Shown one piece after another: positions 13,286-25,271 of a DNA stretch of 64,000 nt. Source of the DNA: Microthyrium microscopicum (Eukaryota); assembly GCA_010405405.1 (NCBI GenBank), contig MU004238.1:941530-1005529 (forward strand), read 5' to 3'. A program made the position numbers and the translations under genes. The notes beneath the pieces were generated by a model, which worked only from the letters and a program-made list of their open reading frames with translations, was not told where the DNA came from and ran no database searches. The first letter of the stretch is position 1; each line of letters starts with the position of its first letter.

Positions 13286-13566
13286 TTTGTGAGTGGATGT
13301 AGGTGGAGGGTTGAAGGTGTTGAGCTGTAAAGAATGATAAATGTATGAGAGTCGAAAATATGCGCTAGATGGAGTTCTCGACTTGTCATTGGTCAAGGCC
13401 CAACCACCAAAGCTTCGACCAGATCCGAAAGTTTGCAACAGTGAGCTCGACAGTATTCGTTCTAACTCCAACCTACTTAATGAATCCAGTTACTGCTATG
13501 CTCAATCATATCGCCATATAGCAGTGAAACCTGACGCTGTTTAACCTGAGGCATTCAGTTGTCATC

Positions 13567-14664
13567 ATGTCTCAACTTCTCACCTCCTTTTCCACGCGCA
13601 GTCTTTGCGCAGCATCAAAACCTCAACCGCCGGCGCTCCAGCATCGCATACAACGTACCATCAAACCGACTTCGATACGACACTTTACCTCATCATCGGC
13701 TGTATACGCTCGAATCAATTCCAAAAGGAAACTAGCGCAGGTACATGCAACAATCCCACCCTACCCACATGGCGCCGCTCGCCTCTATAAACAATCCAAC
13801 TTCGGTCTATACGGAGGCACTCGCATCCGATTCGGTAACCAGGTTACCAAAGGCAGATGGGTCAAAAAGTCACGGCGAACATGGAAACCCAACGTCGTGC
13901 GCGCAGGGCTTTACAGTGAAGGCCTTGATGAAAAGCTCAAGCTAAAAGTGGCAACCAAAGTCATGCGCGCAATTGACAAGTTTGGAGGTGTCGATGAATA
14001 CGTTTTAGGCAACAAATCCGGGCGCATAAAAAAGCTCGGTATGAAGGGTTGGGAGCTGCGGTGGAGACTATTGAACCAACCACATGTCCGCGACAAACTG
14101 TGGGAAAGAGATGCCAAACAGCTAGGCATCGAAGGCCCGGAATTTGCAGCGGAGAAAGAGGCATTCAAGCGAATACAGGCAGACTTCAAGGAGCTTGTTG
14201 TGGCGCCGACAAAAGAGGAGAGAGCTAAACGCCATAAAGACAAGCATACTCGGAAGGACATTTGGAGAGGCCAAGTGTTTCCAAAATATGTCGAGATTGT
14301 CAATGCATACCGAACAGAACAGTCTATCCGGGAGTTGATAGAAGGCTGTAATGACCTCATGGCGGAGCACAAGGAGAACATGACATATCTCGATCAAACC
14401 GAGATCAAGCTCCTAAATTATATCAAATTCCACGAGCAAGAGGAGGCATATGATGTTGACAAAATGGATAGCCTAAAAGACAAGGTTAAGTTCTACAGAA
14501 TGAACTCCGAAAATACTCCAAACGCCATATCGACGCTTCGAGGCTCTCTTGTTGAAAGCGCCCTCATTCCAGAAACAGCAGATACAGAGCTCTCGCCAGC
14601 AGAGTATGCTGAAATACATCTTCAGCAGCTAAAAGGTTCTATTGCTAAGATCCCTTCAAATTAG
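13567..14664 (+). CDS. MRPL24: Mitochondrial ribosomal protein bL28m (MRPL24)
   Basis: Mitochondrial presequence-like N-terminus. L28 signature LYKQSNFGLYGGTRIRFGN…SRRTWKPNV…IDKFGGVDEY. Confidence 0.88.
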   Translation: MSQLLTSFSTRSLCAASKPQPPALQHRIQRTIKPTSIRHFTSSSAVYARINSKRKLAQVHATIPPYPHGAARLYKQSNFGLYGGTRIRFGNQVTKGRWVKKSRRTWKPNVVRAGLYSEGLDEKLKLKVATKVMRAIDKFGGVDEYVLGNKSGRIKKLGMKGWELRWRLLNQPHVRDKLWERDAKQLGIEGPEFAAEKEAFKRIQADFKELVVAPTKEERAKRHKDKHTRKDIWRGQVFPKYVEIVNAYRTEQSIRELIEGCNDLMAEHKENMTYLDQTEIKLLNYIKFHEQEEAYDVDKMDSLKDKVKFYRMNSENTPNAISTLRGSLVESALIPETADTELSPAEYAEIHLQQLKGSIAKIPSN

Positions 14665-14683
14665 CCATGGCCGCCTTTGTATA

Positions 14684-15871
14684 TTACACAAATGTAAATT
14701 TTGTTCCAACAGTTGAAGGAGCCAAACATCCTGGCATCTGCTTTTCGATCTCATACTTCGCCCTCCAACCAGAACAGTGTCCAGGAAATAACAATTTGAT
14801 GCCTAAATCCTTCAGATCTCGTACCGAGTTTTCGATCGTTGGTGCTTCGGCGTCTGCCAAGTGAAAACCACCCATCGCAGCATAGATAGGAACACCATTG
14901 CCATTTGTGATTCCATTCTTACAAGTGTTCACGACCCCAGCGTGTCCACAGCCCGTAAACACGACGAGCCCACGCTCTATAGCCTGATTAGCAGTTTGCA
15001 CAATAAGCAGCCAATTGAGCGATTTACCTTTCAGATTGACCATGAGATATCGCTCGTCTTTGATCAAGGTATCTTCGATCCATTTATCTTGCTCGTTCAC
15101 AAAACGCATCGCTCGCCGCAATCCAATTTCATATTCCGTGACTCGCGGTATCTCGCCAGAGATATAGAACATGTTGTCAAGAACTGTATGACCCTGAGCA
15201 TTTTTCACAACCACACCTCCAGCTTTTTCCACCTCGTTGAACGTGGGATCAGCCTCAAGAGATATGATACCGGTAGGACCAAGAAAGCCACGGTAATCTG
15301 GTCGATCAGGCTGTAAGTCAACAGTGACTGGCGATGTCTTGTTTACTGCTTTCCTGCCTTCGTTGATCATTTCAACAGCTCGGAGCATGCCTCCTACTTT
15401 CTATTAGCATTCTATGATCTATCAAACTCTAGCTCGGCTGTTCGAACCGGAGTGATCGCGATGCCAGTGTGAAAGCATTATGACTTCTACTTGGCTGATA
15501 TCTGCTCTTAGTCGGGATACGTTACGTTCCCATCCGCTTTCTTCTGGGCCAGTATCAAAGAGGATAGTACGCTTTTGATCTCCTTTGGTAGCAGTCTACG
15601 CTCTTGATCAGCCTTGTAATGAACATTCTGATGTTTTTATTCTTACGATCATCAATGAGATTCCGTGCGAGCCACAGCATATTTGATCCATTTTCACTTC
15701 TTTAATGCATTCTCCACGATTTTGAGGTGGCCCTTCTGGTGAAGCGAGAGCTATATGTAGCAGATTCCCAATTGCTGTAACATCTGGTGGATATCGTGAT
15801 ATTGGGTCAAGTTCATTGTCATTGATGACGAGGACTTCTAGGGAGTCAATTTCTTCGAGTTGGCTGACCAT
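14684..15871 (-). CDS. Metallo-beta-lactamase-fold protein
   Basis: Spliced reading gives LFDTGP, SHWHRDHSGG (HxHxDH), TGCGHAG, GGFHLA and PGHCSG. Three predicted introns. Confidence 0.85.
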
Positions 15872-18800
15872 TCTTCGATGATGCTCAGTGGTGTCTGGTA
15901 TTTTGCTGGCGATCTAGACGTGATCTATTTGGTAAAGTCTCGAGGTTGTAGGATTGTATGTCGAGTCAGTTGAAGTGATCGGTGGGATGGCAGCAGCTAG
16001 GAAGCTGACTGCAGCTTAGAGTACATAGTAGCTTGACGAGAGAGCATAGTCCATTCTTTCACTTTGTTCCGATGCTCCGATACTCCGATATTCCATTTCT
16101 ATGCAGTATAACAGAGGGAAATGTTTAAATAGAGATGCGGCTACGCATCTGGCAGAAGCCCAACAGTTTGACAACTGGATGCAATTTGTACAGAGATAGA
16201 GAGTACTCTAGGTGGAGGAAGAGCTTCACTGCCCATAAGGCACATTCCAAATCTAACCAGTTGTATTCATTTAGGAGTAGTATCGATATCTAACCTTGTT
16301 GCGCCAGAAGTAAACATGTGTTGTATGCTTTCCTTGATGAGGCTCATTATGCACCCCATCGCCAACTTGCAGTAGCAGTCACGACTCAAGCGAGACCGTC
16401 TCCGCAACACACGACTCGCAGCAACAACATGTCTCAGACACGTCATTATCTCCAACGACATCTCTTTCTTGCGTTTCCATCAACTCAACTCACTTACTTC
16501 TCAACCTTTCTCCAATTGACTAGAAACTACTGTACAATCTCACATCTACTGATGGATGACGAAGCCAATCATGGTACGAGACGATTGCGGAGAGATATAC
16601 CGACTACAGCCACAAAGAAACAGGATACGCTATGATCTTGTTAGCTAATCGGCGTCTCAATTACAAAACGAATGGATGAAATGGTGCCATCTCGAGCACC
16701 TACTATAATGGCATCGTGACTCCGGTACTACCTGTCAGTTGATGTCATACAAGAGCTAGGCAAATGCACTGGAACTATGCAGTATACAAACAACATCGAC
16801 GGACGGCAAAGATAAGATATCTTGTCCATTGTAAGCTGTAACGCGCAACATCACTCTCGATTTCTGGATAGAGACTTCAGCCACTCAATAGCCCTTGGCA
16901 AAAAACAACTTCAATATTGATTAGCGGCATCTTGGATCAAGATATCCAGATTGCAAAAAGGAACATCTCGTCAAACACCGTATTCCAAGCTTCCAGACTC
17001 TGTTTTGTATCCATACAGATGTCATTCCCCGGCTCGTACGAACAGTGCCTCACCGTCGCCAATATGCAGACTAGAAAAAAGCATCACTGTTCTGCATAAC
17101 CAAGGGTTGTACAAAAGAAACCTAAGGAACACTCTGGAGATCGGCAACATAGAACCGATACTAAGCGCTTCAACGACCACGAAACAACTCATCGCTGTGA
17201 GACTCGACGTTACGCTGTTATCACCAGACCTCTGCATCCTTTGGGATTCTTTCGTAGCACCAACACATTGCCACTGCCTGACAGATCGCTTGGGCTGACC
17301 TTGGACTTCACCGCGCCTCTGGCAATCCATCGCGGAAAGTTTGCCACCGACCTATGATGCTGCGCGTCTGAAAAGCTCGCCTCCGTTAATCGACGCAGGG
17401 CAGTCGTTTGCGACCTTATGCGACCAGGTGGTGTCACTGACTCAACCATTCCCCGGCGCACTGAACCTGCTCTCTGGAGTCGGAGCATTGCCTTCGTCTG
17501 ATGAAACTCGAGGAGGTCTAGATGTTCGGCAAAAAAGCAAGCTCTTCGTATCCGTGGGATCTTGAATGCCTAGCATAGCCCACAGCGAGGATCGATGAGA
17601 AATGCCAAACAGCAACATGGGACGTATCGGGATGTATCACTCGAGTCACAGTCAGAAGTTCAGAAATGCTCAAAATGCCTCAGAACATTTATTGTCGGGC
17701 CTTATGATATCTAGCGTGGTAATCAAGACATATTGTGGCTTCATTGGATTGGATCAACTATCCCGCAAGCGGATTTCCCAGCCACACAATCTATACGGGA
17801 ACAAGCCTGGAGATGAAAGGCTCACGCGAATGCGACAAATGCATCTTCCTGGATGTAGATGCCGAGACAAGCGAAAATGGTTAACGATTGTCGATGAGTT
17901 CATCGATCGCTACCGTGTTTGTACAACATAGCCAGCACCTGTTTCTTGGAGTTTGTCAGCCTTGCCATGCTTGTCTCGAAGCGAGCACTATGCTATATGC
18001 TTGTTAATCTTGATAACGCAAGCTCGCATAATATTCTCGCAATCACCAAGCACATGTCCAAAATTAGCATGCTCATGGTGTAGTGAATTCTGAAACGACT
18101 TTGCAAAAGTCTATCAGTATGTCAACATCTGCGTGGGATGTCGATGGTGAGAAAGATTCTTACCATCTACATTGGGAGAGAATGATTCACCTTGCAGATG
18201 GTTGATGCTGTGATAGTCCGCTAGTCGGCAGAGCATTCCCAGATTACCTGTTCCTGAAGTTCCAATCTAATCATAGAATCAGCGAAGTCGCTGTTTCAGA
18301 GGTCAGTCGACTGGAGATATCTGACGCGTCCCTTGGAAAATCGTTGACCATGGACGGAATCCACCATTTCTTATCATCTTCTTATCGTCAATGCAATCCC
18401 CGCAGATCGTTAACTGGTACCTGTCTCACCTTCGGGGTCGCGACTGACTTGTGTCCCAAGAGTTAATATATATTAAATCACGCGGTTCCTTGAAGCAAGA
18501 GGGATCTTGGTAACCCCAGCACGGTCTCTGCGAGATAGATTAAATTGTTCAGGGCTACCACGTCTCAGGCGCCCAAAATAACAACTTTTTAATATATGGC
18601 AGCGCGGGCCGTAACTCAACAGTCCCGTCACGAACTATACCGGTTGCACGGCTCGTCTTGCTATTGTCGTCGAAGCGCGACGTGTAATGAGTGGTTTTTC
18701 TCCTCGACCCCATTTCGGATTCCAACTATCCATGATGATTATGCTAACTGTAATTCATGCGTAGACTCTGGTTGGCTCTTGGAGTCTCGACAGCCTTGTC

Positions 18801-20439
18801 AATGACGTTCTTGACAACCCCAAAATCGTATACCCGATAACCGTTTGCGCGTCGATTATGAGTAAAACACAGCTTCAGCTGACGATGGTCTCGAGACCTG
18901 GATAATCGGATCGATCCGAACTCGCAAAGATGTTTGGTTGTGGTCCGTGAAACGTTCCTGGCTCTTGAATCAAACCTGACGGACCAGTTCTGTTGGTAGA
19001 ACAGATTGGGTTTCGATTCGATCTCGTTGAACGTGCATATCCCAAAAGAATGATAGGTCTATAATTATGTTTTACGGGTGTAGTCGGGGGCGCATAAACA
19101 GTTTACTGGGAAGTTTATGGACGAATGTTGCGGAACCGAGTGTTGTTTTTGTGCGACAATTGCCAGCGCATTTCACTCCATCAGCAATGAAGTTGCGGAT
19201 ACAAGGGCAAAACTAAGACATCGATATTGGCCACGCGCTCCAGGCGCATTCAACAACAACGTCCATCGTGCGACTGTAACACTTGGAGTATTGTTTTTCG
19301 TTTGATCAAAACGGGCTGGTTGAAGAATTGGGGCAAAGACAAGTAACGGTGAGCGCGGACCTGTCGCAGTGTTTGGTTTATCTCCATTCGCTCAACGGCC
19401 AAACGTTTTGTTTCGTGGCATGAGCCCTGATCCCGTCACATCCTTACTCCTCACCTCTAACCTATCATGGAGCTCTACCCCGCTGTGAAATGTGTAGGGG
19501 TGTGGGATGAGTTTTTCTTTGCAGTCGGGAAGATACAGGATCTCTGCTGCATGAGTGCCACCTTTTGGATCAAAGGAAGTAAAAGACCCGCCGTGACGTA
19601 CTGCGCAAGCTTAAAACATGGCAAGCTTTGTCGAAGCTAGCTCTAGTTTCGTTGGAGATGGACTAGGTAGGTAGCTCTCAGCTCTCGTGAGTTTGTTGAG
19701 CTCTAGGATTAGAAAACTCCAGGTTCAGGATTTTGGATTCCCACGGTACGACCGGGCAGGCATGTTTGCGGTTCCTGCTTCCATCAAAAGAGGCCATACT
19801 ACGGGGATTTTGCTTGCACGGGCGTATCGGCGCCGTACGCTGTGATTGTCCCGGCTTTGGGGCGGCGTTTCTAGCCGAGAGTAATGGAAATATGGGAGAT
19901 TCGCGTCGTGTTTGCTGGCGAAATCTCGCGACTTTTGCAAAGCGAGCCTTCGGGCAAGACGGCACTTGGGGTAAACCCCCATGTCAGGCGTGGGAATGAT
20001 TGGGACATGGAACAATTGAATATGACAATGACGCTGATATCCAGGAGATCAAAAGAAATGAGCAGTGAGGCGCAATATACTGAAATGCGATTCTAAATTA
20101 TGCAGGCGTGGCAGTAGGCGGCTGCAGCAGAAGAATGTGTAGAAGCCATAGAAGTGTAGAAGCATTTGAATTGGCCCGAGATGCAGCTCAGATGCTACAT
20201 GCGACGGACCATGATAGGGAAAGGCGCCTTCCGGGCCACACCCACTCTGCACACTGCAAGCCAAGATGCACCGAAGGGTGCAAGGAATGCCGCTAGAAGG
20301 GTGGCGCTGGGCACGAAAGTGGAGGACGTGTGGTGACAGGCTGAGGCGGCCTTCGATTGCTTCCATGCCGGGCTTCGATGCATATGGCTTGCGGACCAAA
20401 TCAAATAATGTGCTTTTCTCAAGGTTTCCCTCTTCTGCA

Positions 20440-23198
20440 CAGGAGAAGTTTCCACTCCCCTCTCCCAGAGGCCCCCCTTATCTAGAGACCCCCCTTCAGG
20501 GATCCCGACGCGTTATGGCTGAAGCTATCTTTTGTGTGGAGACGCTATATAAAAGCTGGCTTTGGCAATGGCGTTATCGGTCAGCATCAAATTAGATGCC
20601 GATTTAGAGGGCCTCTAGAGGAAGGGATACAGATCCTTCAGGATTACATTATGACCTTAGATTTGGTATTAAAAATGTGTCAATTTCTATTAAAAAGGGT
20701 GTTAAACGAAGCTTAAAGATACCTAACTTTATTTGCTAAAATACGTGTAATCATTGGATTTTGTAGACTTGAGAATTGTGTCCTTTCTCACTATAGGAAC
20801 TGTACTTTTAGTTAACGTTTTTAAATGCAGTATAAATACCACCGATGAGCTTCCTCTTCTTCTGTTTTAGTCCCTAAGTCTTAATTTTGAGTATTTTAGG
20901 GGGTAGAAGAGAGGAATCAGGGTCGAATTTAAGGTTAAGAACTAAGATAAGACTCATGGTGCAATTAATCACATCTTCTTTACCCTCTTTGAAGTTAAGA
21001 TAGTACTTCTTGATAATCCGTAAAAAATGGATTCTGTCTACAAACTCTATAGGATCTCTACGTAAATGCTAAATAATGGCTACGACGTACGGGCAAAAGA
21101 ATAACTCGTCCTGCTAGCGTAAATAGCTATAAAAACGAGTATAAAGATCTATACGATAATTCTTTAAGTCGTTCTAATCTTCTCTACGCATTTTAATAAC
21201 AGCTAAAGCTTTAGAGACGTCGCCGTTGTTATTATTCTAGAAATTGACCATACACGATAGGAATTACTTCTTATTCAACTTAAGATGTTCTTAAAATAGG
21301 TTTTGTGCGCGTAATGTAAAAGCCTAATATAAAATCGCATAACGGGTTAATAAACGCTTGAGAGAGAAAGCGACGGCGCGGGTTCGATCTGTACGCTTTT
21401 ATATAACGTAGTTCTAAACGGCGTTGAGCATAAAAAAAGGGTAATTCTCTCTCGTAAGAAGTACGGTGGTATTGGCGAATTCGACGTAATTTAAAGTTAT
21501 CGCGCTATATCGTAGACTCTTGAAATCTTTGAGTACTTATTGTTTAGGAGGATAGGATTTGATTATTAACTAGAATTTACGCCCGTAGATTTAATAATCT
21601 TGTTGTAGGAAGTAGTTAAACTAATTTTAGAAAACACAGCTTGCGTACGCTAAAAGGCGTTTACTTTTAGCTGTTCTAATTACTTTGGTAAGATTCTTGG
21701 ACAGGTAGTACGTGCACTACTTGGAATTAGTATTTTTGAATATCTTAGGGATGGCATTTTGAAGGCCTTTGTCGCGATCTAAAAGAATTATAGAACGAGG
21801 TGCTAAAAATGGGGTAAATTAAATAAAGTAAAAAGATGTGAAGGTGTAGGAAGTGCTGTAGAATTGTAATATTATAATGTTTGACGCGTTTAATAGGGTA
21901 TGCTAAAGCCGCTAAGGGTTGGAATATTTGATATTCTGGCTAATAGGTTAATGGGAAGATCCTTGGGTAAATAGAAATATTTCTTACTTCCTTCTTTACT
22001 AATCTCGATCTTTGGTATTGCTTTATTTAAGTACCTACAGAACTACTTCTAAGACTTGTTTGATTTACTTTTAAACACTACCTACGTATAAATTAATAAT
22101 TCCTTATTACTATTGATACCTATGGCTATTGCAAAACGTAAGTTATAGTCTTCTTTATAATAGTACGCGTCTAAATAGATAATTTTAGGTACATATTTCT
22201 ATAAAGTTTGACTAACGCGCGAGTAAATAAATACGCGTTTGTACTACCCTTTTTTCGCTAAATTGACCTTCATAAACACGTTGGGATTAACCTTCTTTAA
22301 GCGTTAAATATAAGAAGGAAACTGAAGGTAAGAATTTAAGAAGTCGTTAGTCGACCTCTTAAATAGCTTTTTTTTAGTTTTGTAGATTTATTAAGCGCTT
22401 AGTTTATACCCTATCGCGCGTTGAAGCATATCTTGTACGTTAGCGACTGGCGTTTGAAGCGAGATAGTACTTTCTGCTTTAGTGAGTATAGTGGTGATGG
22501 TTTTTACCTACGAGTTAATTAATCGCGGTAGTAAAAGAAGCCCTCTATAGGTGTGAATATTATTAAAATTGAGTATACTGATCCGCTAAGTTATAGTGCT
22601 ATTACTGTTTACCTGTGAGATAGATTTAGCACGCTAAAAGTACTCTTTAGGGCGTCTTTTTGCTTAATCGTAGCGTATTTTATGCCTCTTCTTGTTAGTA
22701 TTAATCGTACCTAATTAGAAGCGCTTCAAAATAGTAAACTTCTTCGTAACGATACGCATTTTATCCTTCGATCTAAATACCTAATTTAACACCAAGTATA
22801 TTAACATTTTGGCTATCTTAGGGTAGTATTTTTAAAGAATTCGAGGCAAAATTGATACTTTGGTGAACTAATAAGACTAATAGGAATCTTAATATCTTAT
22901 TTACATTGCCTTTGGCTCTCCAAAACCGATCTAGCGGTGTGATTACCTACAAAACTACAGAATCTGTAAGTCTTCTTCATCTTTACTTCACTAACGCGTT
23001 TTAAACGCGCTTCGGATACCAGATCTTGCGTTCGCGAAGCGTAAGTATAGATCTATCGGTATGCCGACTTGGAAGGCTTCGATTCTAGGCTTTTAGTAGC
23101 GTTGCTACCAAAAGCTTAGGCTCGAAGCCCTCCGGCGTAGCCGGGGGGGCCTCTGGATAGGAGGGGCCTCTGGGAGGAGGGAGTGGAAACTGATCCTG
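20440..23198 (-). mobile_element. RIP-inactivated Mutator-like (MULE) transposon
   Basis: Imperfect TIRs of about 55 bp (caggagaagtttccactcccctctcccagaggcccc… versus caggatcagtttccactccctcctcccagaggcccc…). Exact 10-bp TSD ctcttctgca at 20430-20439 and 23199-23208. Minus-strand transposase relics: IIYLDA (~22170), [S]DRDKGLQNA (~21755-21785), a SWIM CxC…CxH (~21080-21135) and a CCHC knuckle (~20763-20805), with Cys>Tyr and Trp>stop transitions. Confidence 0.92.
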
Positions 23199-25271
23199 CT
23201 CTTCTGCAGCTACTTGACTGCTTCCAATGCTTGCTTGCTTTGCCACTACTGTGCCTTGCTTTGGTTCGTTGACGATGTTGGCACTTGGTGGGTTCTAGCC
23301 TGAAATCTAGAGCAGTAGCATCGAGTACAATAGGCTTTCTTTGCTCTGTATGGCTGCTGCAGTGCCTACTCGATCAGATATGTGGGTTCAATCTCCAGTA
23401 CAGTTGCAGTAGTGGCTCAATTGCTGGCAACGCTGAACGGGGGACTGGGTGTGCTCAGACGAGTGCTGTCATTGCGGGTGGCTGGCGCCGGCATCTGAGA
23501 TCTGTGATTCGTTCTAGTGCACTGACATTGCTATTTGGCGGTGCATATTGTGGTGTTTGCGCTGCATAATGGTTATTTCCTTTACCCAGGCTCCAGGTGG
23601 TTCTGGCGGCACGAGTTGTAGAGTGAGTGGGGACTTTTTTTGGGGAGAGTAGTAGTAAAGCTTGTAAGCGTGTAAGGTAAGAGCCGTTGAAGTCTGGGAT
23701 TGGCGGATATCCACTTCGGCGTGGTCCTTCAACCTCACTCCGCAATTCATCTCTTGTGAGTTGTGACTTGTCCTGGGACCCAGAAACAACGCCAGAACTC
23801 GTTAGGCGGTTTGGAGTTGCAGTTTCCATCCAATAATCAATTGTCCGCAATACAGCTTTTTCCCTACTTTCACCATACCCTCTCATAACATCGTATCTAC
23901 TAACTTAGTAGTAATAATCATTGACGCTGCAATATCAAGTCACGCCTACGGCCAACGCATCTTTCTCTCATATCGCGGCGCTTACTATCCATACAGTATA
24001 CTCCATTAAACCCCCTCCTAAACCTTATCATTCTCAACCCACTCTCTAGTCTATTCTTGCCCCAGCCTGATGCCTCATCTTCTCAATTCCCAGTAGTCAT
24101 CTGCCAGCTAGCCTGACCCCCGCTTGGTGCGCATTCAAACGGAAGATTGCGATTTGCAGCGTCTCAATCGCATCGAATTGCCTTTCATCCTGCCTTTACC
24201 TATCCCCGGGCCTGTTGCTACGATGGAGCCAGGGTCTGGTGGATTTCTTTTAGCATCGTGGTGGGCATGGTTCAACGGCCGGTGGGCCTTGTTGTCAATG
24301 TCTACTAGCCAGCCCTGTAGCGATTGAACATGGGAAACGTGCTCCTTCATCTTCCTTCGTCTCTTGCCAATCTTGTCCGCCGGCTCGAGGATCGCAGGAC
24401 CGTTTTCTTGTCTCCTCTCGCAGCTCTCGCATCTCTCTACCCATGTCAGTCCAGCTAAGATGTCTTAAACCTGGTCTTAAGGATCCCTTGGCCTCTCCGA
24501 TGCAAGATTCCATGCCTCCATTGCCTACTGCCCATCCCATGCTCTCTCTACTCTTACCTCTCTCTCACTGAGCAAACGTGCCCTGCTTGGCCTGCTTTCC
24601 ATGCCTTGCCCGCTCGAGCATCCCCAACTAGCATCTTGTCCGCTCAGACGATTTTGCTGGCCGGTCTGCCCGCCTGTCCCACGGTGTTGTTGACCTTCCT
24701 CACCGCACGCTAAACCCTCGTCCTGGTTACTCGGGCGCCTCGCCATTGGCCAACATCTGCGGCCTGCAGCAGCTTGCAGGACGCGCAGCGAGATGCTCTC
24801 ATCTTCTTGCCCCGTCTTGCGGGGACGTTGACGATGTAACATAGCTGCCCACGCTGGCGATCCTGCCTTGTGCCTGGCAGAAGCGCAGAATTCAGCCGTG
24901 CCGTCCTGTCTCATCTCTTTCTTGTTCGCCTTTTTTTTCATGTGCTTCGTGCATGCTTCTTGCTCCTGGATCTTCCTTGGGTCTTCGCTCTCGCCTGACT
25001 GAACTCCACCATGCTTTGTTGATTCTTGTTAACCCTGCTGCTGCTCCCTCTCATCGATCCACCAAGAGGTTATCTTTGGCTCCTCGCCCACTTTAATTTC
25101 ATCTAAATATCCAAGTTGCTACCCGTTTGATACCGACTGTCGATACTTGCTTGAAGAAGGCTTTGCGTGGCCTTAGATTATATTCCCACGGCTCACTCCA
25201 CAGCCCTCGTTCGCAGTGCGCTCTATAGACGATCTTATAGTTCCCCTATTTCCCACTACACACTGTCCATC

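Noticed and set aside
16267..17931. Cluster of short ORFs
   Set aside because: Could not assemble a credible gene model, although a decayed gene cannot be excluded.
18549..19430. Possible TIR pair tcagggct…agccctga around a CpG-rich ORF-less stretch
   Set aside because: Only about 8 bp match and there is no target-site duplication.
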